This document shows positions 1 to 18,900 of a stretch of 64,000 nt of DNA, piece by piece (within the stretch, counting starts at the first letter, position 1; every line of letters begins with the position of its first letter). The notes beneath the pieces were generated by a model that worked only from the letters and a program-made list of their open reading frames with translations, made no database searches and was not told the origin of the DNA. The stretch comes from Trichinella spiralis (Eukaryota), in assembly GCF_000181795.1 (NCBI RefSeq), contig NW_003526944.1, positions 1,083,204 through 1,147,203 on the forward strand, given 5' to 3'. Made by a program: the position numbers and the translations under genes.

Positions 1-901
1 AGTTCAGTGTTTTTCTTCTGTTTGTATTCTCTAATTTTTTTACAATGTAATTTTGACATTTCAAACGATGCTTCATCAAATTAAAATTCCAATGTTAGTG
101 TTTGTTTTTGTGTTTGTATGTGTGAGTCATTGTGGATGTTGAAGGTTAATTTCCACTGAAGCCGTTTATTATTAGCATTATTATTCATCCCCAATCAATG
201 TATGCTAATGTTTTTTCCTTTGTGCCAGTTGAAATGAGTTTCAACTGAAGCGTTGCTTATTTATTTGATGAATAAGCCGATATTGATTATTTTACAAAGT
301 ATTTATTAAATAGTTCCAACGACTGCCCATCATTTTGGGCTTTATTTTTTGTTCAGTCAACTACTTTATTTCAACTATCGGCTAGATTTGTATTTGCATT
401 TATTCGACTTTGTGAGTTTTGCAAATACAGGGCCGGAATAGTTTCGTTCATTAACTTGAAGAATGTGAGGAAGAGTATAATTTCCTTTTTAGATGTGGTG
501 ATTGTATTGTGCTTAATAATAATAATAATATATGTAGATTGCAAGTTTTGTGTGAATGTTCTAAAAAAGAAAGCCTTAAAATATTTTTTTTTCTTGGCTA
601 AAATATATGTCAGTGATTTGTTGAATACTTTTTTTGGAAACATATTTATAATAATGCTGTAGGGCAAAAGGAAATTGAATTTTAAAATTTTAAAACGTAA
701 TAATATTGCACTTTGATTGCTACTTTTGAAATGGCCACTTGGCAATAAAATTGGTTAGAGAAGAAGAAGAAGAAGAAGAAGAAGTTGTCGGCAAGTGTAG
801 CGCAATTTGGACCATTGCAACCAAATGCCACTTAATTTCATTACTCTTCTTGAATGTGTGTCTTTTTATTTTGTTGGTTTTCTATTTTTAACTTTCTTTA
901 G

Positions 902-3900
902 AAATTCGAATGCAATTTTTGGAGCAGATGAAATGCTTGGATGGCCGCACGGAAAGCCAGCTAATGCTGTTGCTAGAATTGCAGGATTATTGTCGCAAAC
1001 GGGCTGAGATCGAAACTGATTATTCGAAAAATTTGGACAAACTGCACCGACAAATTGTTTCACGTCACAAAACAGAAAAACAAAAGTAAAAAAAATATTT
1101 TTTTTACATTTATTTATTTCAACTTTTGCAATTTTAGACGTGAAAATTGGACTCAGTTTTCCAGTTATAACATGTGGAAAATGTTCGTTGAAGACACAAA
1201 AATAGAGTCGCGCAATCGATCCGTTGTTGCAGATTTATTCAACAATCACATCGCTGTCAAAATAGCTTTTCTATCCGAACAAATGCAACGAATTACCAAA
1301 CGGGTATGTGCTTCATTCCTCGTTTGCAGAATTTTATTTATTTATTTATTTATTTTTGGAAATATATTTTTCCGCGATGCGAATTAGCAAGATTATTTGC
1401 ATTTTTATGTTCGCATCAAAATGGTGCTAAAATTGTTTTAGAAAAATATGAAAAATTCCACAACTTTTGAATTTCTGGCATTCAACAAAATGCGATGCGA
1501 CAGTTTTCATTATCTCCACTTTGTGTGTGTGTGTGTGTGTGTGTGTGTGATTCATATCATCATTTTGTCCTTGAACTATTATAAAAGCAGACATTTGCAA
1601 ATATTATTTTTACCAAATCGATGATGACTGATATATTTGGAAAAAGTAGAAATACAAACAGTTGAAGTGAGAGGAGAAAAAGAGCGACAGTAAACAATGA
1701 ATTTTACCGATTTTCAAGATTGAATCATCTATAAAGTACACAAATTTGCAAATTATTCGGAACAGTTGTATTTATAGTTCGGCTTAAAAAGATAACGATT
1801 GATTAGATATTTTTTCATTTCCGTGCAGTTCAGTAGTGCTTTAGGGCTGTGTAAAGTTTATTTTCACGAGCGATGTGCATTTTTTCAGGTTTATTGGCAT
1901 CATTTACGCTAAAGTGGTATAATTTGTTAATTATTTTATTTATCTTTAAGCATTTGCAAAACAATTTCAATTCACTCAAGTCAAATGGAATAATTGTTTT
2001 CATCAATTTCTTTTCAGTGCAAAGAAATTGGTACTCTTTGTCATGGGGAAATTTTGCGTGTTCTCGGCGAATTGCACACGGTATATGATGATAATGATAT
2101 GCGTTTGATTTCGTGTAAATATAATTTTTTTTTCTTTTCTCATTTTCAGGCAATGAAAACATATCAACTGTGCTATGCGGCCGGATGCAATGCTGAATTC
2201 AAATTCAGAGCGGCTGAAATGCAGAAGATGCGTTTCGAAGAATCGTGGCCGAAGAAGATCGGTTGTCGCAGGCACAAACTTTTAGAAAAGGCTTACGAGC
2301 GAGTAAGTCGAAAAATAAAACCACCCACGGGATATTATATATTATTAAATGGAATAAATTTTTTTTTCTGTTGTGTTTTAGAAACAAGCGAAATATGTGG
2401 AATTCCAGTTGAAAGCACTCACCGCTCGCAACGAGTATTTGTTGTGTGTGGATGCGGCGAATGCGGCTTTGCACAAATATTTTGCCGACGATTTGTCCGA
2501 CATAATTGATGTAATAATTTTCATATTTTGAATGACGAAATTCATTTTGTTTTGTTTTCTGTTGTTTCAGTGCATGGATATTGGATTGCAATCTTCTCTC
2601 AAGCAGATTATCAATATTTTAATCGATGCGCGACAGGTGATTGTCGGCTCAGAGCTGCGGTCGGTCGATGCGTACAGGCAGTGGTGTCAAAAATTGGATT
2701 CACGCGCAGACAAGCAGCGCTTTTTGGAAAACAATTATTCAGTATTTGTACTTCCAAGAAGATTTGAATTTCGTCCTCGCAACGGTGACGACGTGAAACA
2801 AGTCAGCGCGCAGAAGCCAATACAAGACGAATTGGTGCAACGTTATTGGCAGCTCCATCAACGGCTGGTACAATTGAAAACGGAAAGTGAAGAGGTGAAT
2901 GGAAAAATAGCGATTAACTGATTAATTAATTAATCGATTAATTTCAACAAAGTTATGGAAAACATTGGAAACTGCCGAAAAGGCGATTGTCGATTTGCAA
3001 TTGCAGCCTGTCGTCAATGTTGGCGAACATTTTTCCATTGCCAACAGCTATACGTTGAGAAACAATTCTTGCCGTGAGCCGGATGCAGTTTTGCAGAAAC
3101 GGAAGCAAGATTTGCACGAAATTGAAGAATTCTATATCCAAGTAATTGGAGAAAGATGACAAATTGAATGCAAATTTTTAAATGTTGTTGTTGTTGAAGA
3201 AGTTGCAGCACTTTTTGCTGAACGGCAATTTGATTAGCCGCTTGGATGCGCGCTTTCACACGATCAAAACGGCTCTGGGTGTGGTTCCAAGTCGCAATTC
3301 CACCGAATCCACCCCGACGGACAACAGTCCGTCGCGGCGCAGTTCTGAAACCGCCTTCGCAAGAGTCAAGTCGGCCGAAGTGGTGAATGTGGAAAACGGC
3401 CCCGCGGCGTTGCCGTCGACGGTACCGTCGAAGCCCCGGCGCAAGCGGATCGGCGCCTCTGTCGACCCGGAGACTCGGATTCGTCTTTTCGGCGGCAGTT
3501 TGGAAGAGTACGTCGAATTGACCGGCCAAGAGATCCCGTTGATCATTCGCAGCTGCGTGCGCATGTTGAGTCTATTTGGCCTGCATCATCAGGGTGTATT
3601 TCGAGTTAGCGGGTCGCAGATTGAAATCAACGCTTTCAAGGATGCTTTTGAACGCGGTATGGGATGTTTTGTTAATTATTTATTGTTTTTTTTTAACAAA
3701 TTTTATAGGTGAGGATCCGTTGTCCGATGTGACCGATGCCAGTGATGTCAATTCGGTTGCTGGTGTGCTGAAATTGTACTTTCGTGAATTGAGAGAACCA
3801 CTGTTTCCGTTTTTCATGTTCGATCAATTTGTTGAATGCGCTTGTAACTTTTATTCCACTATATTATATTATTATTTTACGATTTCAAATCACAAATTTT

Positions 3901-5820
3901 TGCATCGGGTTTCAGGTTTGGAAAGTCGTGAAGAATTTATTAAGAAATTGCGAGAATTGGTCCAAACTCTTCCGCGACCGGTGTTTGTCGTCATGCGCTA
4001 CTTATTTGCTTTTCTTAATCAGTAAAAATCATACTGTGAATTAATTATTCAAGTATCAATGCAGGTGATGGGTACTTGTTTTTTTCTTTTTACTTTTTAG
4101 TCTTTCCGAATTCAGCGATGAAAATATGATGGACCCGTACAATTTGGCCATATGCTTTGGTCCAACTTTACTGCCCATACCCGAGTCGAAGGATCAAGTT
4201 TTCTACCATAACCACGTTAATGAATTGATGCGCAATTTGATAGTTTTTCATGATTCTATTTTTCCCAACGACGGTGGTATCGTCTACGAGAAATACCTTC
4301 TCACGGATAAAGGTGACGACGACGACGATATTTTGGTGATTGAAGACGATGACATGATTTCCAGTGTTAATGGGCCTGGTACTTTTGCTAACGTTAACGG
4401 TGAACATGTGTCGAAATTGAACACTGAAACAAAGTTGAAAAGAAATGATCACAGCCATACTAATGATGATGACGGTGCAAAGCAGTCAGCTTTTGATTTA
4501 ATGGTGAACGGTTGTAACAACAACAACAACAACAACAACAATGAGGAAGAAGCCATGGCACAACGTCGTTCGTTCGACTTTAGCCGAACAGTTGCAAATG
4601 TGGATTGTGCAGAATCACAGCAACACAACATTGCTGGATTGTTGGCCAATGTTGGCAAAGTATCGACTTCTTCAGAATCGGATGCGATGTCTACTTTCAA
4701 CGATAATATAAGCGATATCAACAACAGGTAATTATTGTAATTGCATTTGTATTTTTTGCTAACAAAAAATTATCCATTTGATTGGATTTTACTTCGAATG
4801 TTCAGATACTCCACTCCCGGCAGAAATGCATCATCAGCGGTGACACAGCCGGATTCGTTGGCTTTGACTTCACCATGTTCATTTTCTTCAACGTTTTACG
4901 AATCGTTGGATATTGAAAGTCCAACGCTAGACGACGACGACAACAATAGCAACAACAACAACGACCAAACAACACTGTCTAATAATAAAAATGGTGGTGG
5001 TTCCGCTGCTGGTGCTGCTGAACTGAAGGGTCACGTTGAAGCAGTGTATGCGAGTATTGCCCATGCACGGGTTCCCACGAAAGCGACAACCTACAAACGG
5101 CTCTCTTTGAACACGTACACAGCTTCGTCTCTGTCGGAAAGACAACCGGGCTTGGTTCAGTTGCAAAGTTCGAAAACTTTATCACCGCAGTCTCTTCAAG
5201 AAATACAATCCGAACTGAAAGCGGTTTTGAATTCTTTGGCCACGTTTACTATGCAACAGCAGCAACAGTTGATGTCGTCCGATGTGCACCAAATGGAACC
5301 ACAACCGACGACAAATTGGCAACTCGCAATGGATCCCGATCAACGGCATTTCCGACCGGGCGGTGGCACCGTGACGTCGTCGTCTAGTAGCTCATTGGAT
5401 CCCAAGCTGTTGACACCGGATTTGGTGAAAAATCTTCCCGCGGCCGCCGCGGCTGCGGCTGCGGCAGCTGCTGCCGCCAGCGGTGCCAAAGGTGGTGGTG
5501 GCGGTGGAGCGGGTTCATTTCCGAACATGCTTCGAGCGGAAGATGTTGCCGGTGTGCAAGCTGAGCTGACCAAAGGCACCGACAGTGGCACTTCGGCTGA
5601 ACAATTTGCACAGAGTGGTCAGTCGACGTTGCGAAAGTCCAGCGTGTCGCCGTTGTCGATTCAGCAGTCCGAGTTGGCTTCATTTCCATACATTGACGGT
5701 GATTTGACCAACAAGCCCCAGTTGTCTCGTTCCGTCAAGCCACCCGTGCCCAAGAAGCCGCCTCTTCATTGTATTGCTTCGGCGGCGGCGACTGGATCGG
5801 CAGGATCTCAGTTGTCCTGA
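902..5820 (+). CDS. srgp-1: SLIT-ROBO Rho GTPase-activating protein (srGAP; F-BAR + RhoGAP), 5' partial
   Basis: Spliced by hand, all introns GT-AG: 902-1085, 1138-1303, 2018-2080, 2150-2302, 2382-2510, 2571-2894, 2953-3141, 3200-3656, 3709-3843, 3916-4021, 4101-4727, 4806-5820. F-BAR start EIRMQFLEQMKCLD...RKRAEIETDYSKNLDKL and ARNEYLLCVDAANAALHKYF. RhoGAP motifs GLHHQGVFRVSGSQ, VAGVLKLYFRELREPLF and MDPYNLAICFGPTL. C-terminal TPDLV motif. No first exon or ATG found in the window. Confidence 0.93.
1522..1549. repeat. (TG)n microsatellite in srGAP intron
   Basis: Uninterrupted run of about 14 TG dinucleotides. Confidence 0.95.
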
Positions 5821-6512
5821 GATTATTATTCTGTTATTATTATTATTATTATTTGTTTTGTTGTTCTCTCACAACTCCTCTGTGTGTATGTGTGTGTGTG
5901 TGTGTTGAAAATAGCACAATTAGCAAGTAATCAAACAACACGTTCCTCTTTCTTCTTTTTTCTGTATCTTGCTACAATGGCAGGGAGAGAAGCTGCTGCT
6001 GCTGCTGCTGTATGGTATTATTCTCTTCTTTTTTCTTCTCTTCTTTCTTTTAGCGTTTGTTTCACACGTGCGCATATTTATCGATGATTCTATGCCACGT
6101 CACATAGGATTTTATTACTACTTCTCACTCGTATATTATGAATATTCATTTCATTAAGACTATATATATATATATTACTTAAGGTAAGAGAAGAAGAAAA
6201 ATAACATTTTCAAAAAATATAAATAACTGTGTGCAGTTTTTCAGTTGAATAAAGCAAAGAATGGCACTGAACGAATGAATGGAACATGCATGCATCTACA
6301 TGTCTACGTGTACATCATGCACGCAGAAATATTTCCTTTTACAATAATAATGGTGGACGATGTGATTTTGTTTTTTTTTGTTGATTACTTTTCTTAATTA
6401 CTTGTTTTGAATATGCCATTTGAGAGATGCTGTTTCTTTTTTCTTTTTTTTTTTGGTAATTTTGTTGCACTTGTTGAATTACAGATTGCGAATAATAAAT
6501 CAGTCAATAAAT

Positions 6513-6851
6513 ATGAATAAATATATGTATCGACGGTGTTCGTCGGTCGCCGGTATGTATTCCTTATCCAGGTACTGTGTTCGGTTGGCGTCGAGGTCGT
6601 CAGAAGCTCCGTACCAACGACTGGCACAGTTGGCGAAACTTTTATCCGAAACATCTTTGCACTGTTGTGGCGGTGGTTGTCCGAATTGCATTTGGCTGTC
6701 CGCAACCGACCAAGTACTGAAACTGTGCGACGGTTTGGAGCCGAAAGTATGCAAACGCATGATCAACGAAAATGTGGAAAACAGCGCCATACGAATATTC
6801 TTGTTGTCGGAATTGGAAACGAAATCCAACGATGCCCGAGACAAAATTTGA
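6513..6851 (+). CDS. Oxidoreductase-like domain-containing protein (OXLD1-like), intronless
   Basis: CCGGGCPNCIW motif followed by a helical C-terminus (...IRIFLLSELE), typical of the Oxidored-like family. The Arg/Ser-rich N-terminus resembles a mitochondrial presequence. Start is ATG 6513 or 6525, with a TTACAG acceptor at 6479-6484. Confidence 0.75.
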   Translation: MNKYMYRRCSSVAGMYSLSRYCVRLASRSSEAPYQRLAQLAKLLSETSLHCCGGGCPNCIWLSATDQVLKLCDGLEPKVCKRMINENVENSAIRIFLLSELETKSNDARDKI

Positions 6852-8258
6852 ATATCGCTGTAAGAGAACGTACTTAACAACCCCGAGGTGTGTTCGTTGT
6901 ACAAATTCATCGTTGTAGAAATAAATTGCTGTAGTTTCAATTGTTCACTCTGTCACAAGGCTGCAGGTATTTATTTATTTGTTTGTTTGTTTTTTTGTAT
7001 TCATTTAATTATTGTATACAGGCTGTATAATTGGCGAGGTGTAGGAAGATGTTCTGTGATTGAATTGCGCACAATGGAAAGTGAAAGAAATTTTAGTGCA
7101 TTTATGATGAAATGAAGATGCTGTTTTAGAACAATTAGATGGCCATCTGAGATGGTAATTACATTTTCAATTCACTGTTCATTAGAATTATGTCAAATCA
7201 TGTTATCAAAGTTGCATATATGTATATATATTTTTTTTTTCATCACTTTCTTTGAACAGCAAATTTGACATGTTTTAAATAATAGTTAAAAATGAGCAAT
7301 TTTCAATTTCTAGGGATGAATTGTTTTGAAATTGCTTTCTTGATTTATGAATGAACAATCAAACCAACACTTGACGAACGGATTTATTTTTCTTATCAGT
7401 GAAATTATACTTGCACTGAAGGTATTTCAATATTATGGCCACTGATTTTGATGAATGGAAATGGCAAAATGTTGTTCGCAAAAGTGAACAACTTTTTGTC
7501 ACTTTGCAAATTTGATGAATCCAATTCATTGCCGTAGAGCGAACGAAATAGATCGACGTCATCGGTTGAAATATATTTGCAGCTGTTGCTGTCATGGTGA
7601 TCAAATTTGCAAATGTTTGCCAATTTGAGAGGCTGTGTCGTGCAAATGGGAAAACTTTGCAAAATTTACTCGACGAAAAAATTTTTCACCGACAACACTT
7701 TCAGTTGCTCTTAGTGCACCATTTTCAACGTTAAGTTTGAAATATTTTTTTTCTTTTGATAAATGTTAAAATGGTATTTCTTTTTTTTTCAATTTTGATA
7801 AACCCCGAAAAGAAAACCTTACAATTATAATGAAAATGAGGTACATTGTAATGGTTTGAATTACTGTAGTTGTTTAAATTTGCAACATTCAACAGTTGAT
7901 GGAAATGTACTTTGAGAAAGTGAACGTTTAAAATGGAACAACAGTCAATCAAACAAATATACGTTTGATAAATATTTGAACTGTATATGTATATATTTAG
8001 TGCAATTTTCACTTCAGTGACTGATTAATAATACTTGATGAATTTATTCCATTTGTTACTTGTGTAATACTTGATCGAAGATTGCGATGTATACGGAAAG
8101 GTACAGAAAGAAGTTCAGAAAAAGTAAAAGACAATTGGAAAATGAAATGAACTTTTTCTTTTTCGGTCCGAAACTTCAACACTAGATAAACTGATGGGAT
8201 AGATGATGAAGCATGTATAAGATTGCATGGGATGAATGCAGTTTTCATGCAGAGATCA

Positions 8259-13940
<5,682 letters not shown>

Positions 13941-15942
13941 TTAAATTATTATAATAATTATTATGTCTTTTTTTCATTCGGTGAATACTTTTTTGTTGTT
14001 GAAAATGAAAATGCAAACTTTTTTACACAGCATTTCACTACTCACCAGTGCGCCGAGAAAAGTGCAATGAGAAGCGTCGCTTTCGACGATAACTAGCGTA
14101 AGAACAACAAGGTGGCGCTGTTATCATGTCAATATTATTATTTGTTATTCCCTTGCTGCTTCCAATTTTTCTTCTTCTTTATTATTATTAATTTTTTTTA
14201 AAATAATTATCAAATTTGATAATTGATCTACTTTTGTATTATGATGACTTGTTCTCATCGTCTATCCGATGCAATATTGTCATTGATGTCAAATCGATTT
14301 TCCACTTTCATCATTACAATCTATCCATCTATCTATTTATATGCATTATTGTTGTTGTTGTTCGAACTCTTCATGTTCTGCAGGTTTTTCTTGTTCTCTT
14401 AATATTCAAAATGTGATGCAGCGAATTGTTGACAACAATGATCATCTTGAAAATAATTTTCATTTTTCCATCATTTTGCCAACCAACTAACAGACGCGAG
14501 TTTTGCTAATGACACCCCTGGGCAATATGCTAATTTTAAATACTATTTTCAATTTATTATTTTCACGTTGGGGTGGAATGGAAAATTCATTCGGTTTTAG
14601 TTTATTTGAGAAAATGAAAGTGGAAAAAAATTTTTTTTTTCATATTTGATTTTTTTTACATTTTTAATAACAAGTACTCCACAACGTCCACTGGCAATGT
14701 GAACGGCAAAAATATTGATCTATCTGTATATTCATATTTCGTGTAAGCCTATTTTTTATTTACGAACAGCGGCGGCATGTATAAGTGAGATAAATTTCCA
14801 GTGGCAGTTTGAATAGCGGTGATGAAAAATGTCCATTTAGCCTCGTGATCAATTGAAACAATTTTTCCAAAATAGCTATTTATTCGTTTATTCATAGTCA
14901 TTTTGTTTCTTTTTTTAAACATAAATTTTCATAATTTATCAATGAAATAATGCTAATGTGTGGTGTTTGTTGTTGAAGTGTTGAAATTTTCACATCAAAG
15001 CAGCAGCATATTCGAATATGAAAACTGGTCTTTACAACAAAATATGAAGCAGCAAAATGGTCGTTTAATAATAGTACTTATTTTATGTATTTATAAATTG
15101 AACGTGGCCTGAATTTTATCTTGGTGCGTGCGTGTTGAAGCAATCATATATATATAAAGTGAAATAATATTTATATTATTGTTCAATTGGTCATTATGTT
15201 TGAGAAATTTAATTTAAATTGGATTTTCGTCATCTCGAGCAAATTGCTTTTCGAGTTAGAGTTGCAAAATAATGCTGGCGATTGGAAAAGGAGAGAAAAA
15301 TTGATTTTTTTTTCTTGTGTAATTTGCAAATTATATTATTTTTGGCATCGTAGAAGCGATTTGATGTGAAAGAAGAACAAACGCACGCAGTTTTATTATT
15401 TCACTTTATGCTTCTATTCTCATCTTCTCTGAGGTGTTATTTTTATTTATTAACTTTAAGAATTGAATATCTAGGAATGGAATTTGTTGATTGGTATTTT
15501 TTCTAAAAATAGAATATTGATAACAGCGGATTATTTTCAATTTATATTCAATTTGTGGGATTATTATTTTTCCATCTTGAGCTTTTTCAATAGACGAATT
15601 AATTAATCCTGATCCAACTACGGACATCAGCATCAATCAATTAGTTGAAATAATAGAAATGTTATTACTTTTTTTTTTGAATTTTATTTATATGTTTGTT
15701 TTTATCAAGCAATTTTGAACAGTCAAATTGTATTGAAACGAAAGATAACAGAAATGTTGAAGCAGAGAAATAAGTTGAGTGTGTGTGTGTGTGCTCCAAT
15801 GTGCAATGTCAAAAAACGCCTTGGGCGCTCAGAGCTTTTCCAATTTTTAAGGCATCTCATTATTTGATTGGTCAGTTTGTTTTGGTTATTTGCTTTGTTT
15901 CATTTTCTTTTTCCTTAGCATGCAAACGGTGGCAGGATCAAT

Positions 15943-18900
15943 TTATACTGGCAAATTTGTAGAACTGGAGGGCGGATTCGTTTTCAATTCTGTACCGACA
16001 TTGTTCGACTTGTTCTGCGATTTGAATATATTGGTGAAATATATGCTTCGTCGTTGTGCATAAATTGGTTTCTCTTTCGGTTGGTCAATTTGTAAGCTTG
16101 TCGTCGATAAATTCGTCGGGCGTGTCCATCCCATACGACGACTGTTCTGTTGTTGTTGTTGTTGTTCTTTAGCTGCAAGTTGTGATTGGGTTAAAATATA
16201 GTTCCATTTTTCAGACAGTCGCGTTTCCATGGAATTCATTTCTTCTCTTTTGCTGTTATTTTTCGCTAATGATGCTGGTTGTGGGATTTGATCAATTTTA
16301 GCGCTTTCGTACATCGAAACTGCTCGATGCTGTTGTCGTTCCGCTTTGTGATTTTCTTCAGCTTCTTCTTCTTCTTCTTCTTCTTCTTCTTTCGACTTCT
16401 GATCGCCCGATACGTGATTGCTTGTCAATTTCTCTTTACTACCGGCTCTGCTTGTATCATATCCCTTGGTCGAAAGTACCATTTCCGTACTTTCTGATTT
16501 CTGATTTACTGGACCTTTTTTGCGCCAATCCGAATTATTTGCCCAATTTCCATGCCAGATGATATTTCTAGCCTTTTCAACGCCGTATTCTTTTCGATAA
16601 TCCATATATTTACGATAGAGATTCTAGATTGATTGATTTTCAATTTTATCCACAACCGCTAATCAATCAATTAATTAATTAATTAATTTTACCTTCCAAT
16701 TGGTCAAGGCTAATTTTCTCTGTTGAGCTCTTGTTTTACGAAATTGCTTGATAACCATAAGGCCACGTTTTTCCATCCCTGTGTCGCGATCTTCGCCCAT
16801 TTTTATGGAATAATTCAACTGAAATTGGGCCAATTTCTCTTTGCTGTAATACCTTTCCAAGCGGATCACCATTTCAGCCAACTGAAATATGAAAATGAAA
16901 ACTTCATTTCGTATTATTTCATTTTTGAAATTACCTGAAATCGCCACGCTTTTTCCGCCTGTGAAATGATTGTCGTATACGTGTTGCCCATCATTGCGAG
17001 CAGCATGTTGATCAGCATGATGGGCATGACGACCAAATAGCATATGAACAAAATTTTCAACAACACTGAATAATATGAGCATTCCAATTGTTCGTACTGA
17101 AATAATCATTTTGATAAGTGGACATTTCATATGCGGAGAGCAATCACCTCATAGCCGCCCATGGCAGCACGGAACAATGTCAGTATAGTTTCACCGTAGG
17201 TGGTGTAGGAGGATTTTTTCTCTCTGCCAGAAATACTGCAATAGTTCAATTCTTGCAATTCGATCATATTTTGACCCAACACGTTGAACACTAGATTGAA
17301 TTTAAGAAAAATTAAATAAATGGCACAATTAATATGTTGTTAAATTTTCTTTTTCAATCTAATGAAAATGCTCAACTATGATGCGATGAATTTCAACATT
17401 GAACCAAAAGAAAAAACAACCATCTTACCTAATCCGAATGAAAGCAAAAACACCGACGACAGCAAAGCGAAACGCATCATATCTCCTGTAATCATGCTGT
17501 ATATGATGTGAACGAATGGTCCAGTTAAAATTGAAGCTCTAAATAATGAATTAATCATTAAAATTTTGAATATTATTGAACAAGATTATTACTAAGAAGA
17601 TATGCTACTTGATAAATTTGCTTGTCCAGTGGTTTACGAGAAGAGAAAAAAATTTCAATGGTGCTGGTAAATAATTGGAATAAGTTACCTGGCAAAGTAG
17701 AGAAGCATCATCCAAGAGCTGGGCGCTACCAAAACCAACAGCACTTCTTCAACGTTGACGTAGCCGAGCACGCGGCAGGGAATGCACAAAATGACGAGCA
17801 CATTTTCAATGAGGAAAACAATTTTGACAAACGAATTGCGCTGTAGAAAAATAACGAAAAAAATTTGAATTTTTTCTTCTTCTTATTATTATTTTTGTTT
17901 TTTATGAAAAATCAACAAATTGAAATCGTACGAATGCAAGCAAGTAGTAATTGAAGCCTTGCATCAGCATTTCGGCAAAGCACTGGTAAAATATGAATAC
18001 AAGACTTCCCGTGACAGTAGTGGCTTCTGCAACGGCACGACATATGCCGTATATTCCTGAATAGTCAAAAAATCGGCCATCAGTTGGGCGCAAATAAATC
18101 GCTGCCGATAAGGAGCATAAGTGTAGCACAAACATAATTGCCCAGCGGAACAAATGTCGCTGAAATAGAATTCTCATATTTTTATGTTAGTGAATTTTAT
18201 AACTTTTCCTCACCCATCCAAAATTTCTCCACTTGTCTGCCAACAGTCGTTGCACTACATCCCCTTGGACCATTTCTGTGTGATCTGCAGTATTGCCTTG
18301 GATGATGTTCATCAACGCGGAATCCCAATCTATATTATGAATGCGTGGATTTTTCCAAAAAAAAACAACAAACAAACCAAAACAACAGTTAATTTTATTT
18401 ATTACTTGTGGAACCGTCAGCGTTGATGGTATCCAGTGCAGCCAGCGGATACGCGGAAACGGTGATATCTGAAAATCGCCAAAATTCCTAAAAATTTATT
18501 CAAACTTAGAAAAAAGGTCAATTTTGAAAAATGTAATTGTATCAAAGATCATTTTATGTATGAAACGAAAAAAAAATATTTATTTACCACTCCGGATAAT
18601 TCGAGCATTTCTTCGAAAATTTCCTTTCTTCCAAGTCTAGTGGCTAGTGAAAGGGGTGTGCAACCAGAACCATTTACAATAGTTGTATCTGCGGGCTTTT
18701 TCGAATGGCGAACAGCGTACGTGTACATGGCCAAAAATTGAAATCAGTTATTATTATTAATATTATTATTAAACAAACGCATCGAGATTTTCTTACTATA
18801 CTGTTGTGAATAACGCACATGTGAAGCACCGTATTTCCATAGGTATCTTGAGCATTTGGATCGGCATTGAAATCAATGAGCGCGTCGTAAATATCTTTAT

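Noticed and set aside
7359..7720. Short overlapping ORFs between OXLD1 and AHCYL
   Set aside because: No recognisable domain, no ATG-led convincing frame and no splice support.
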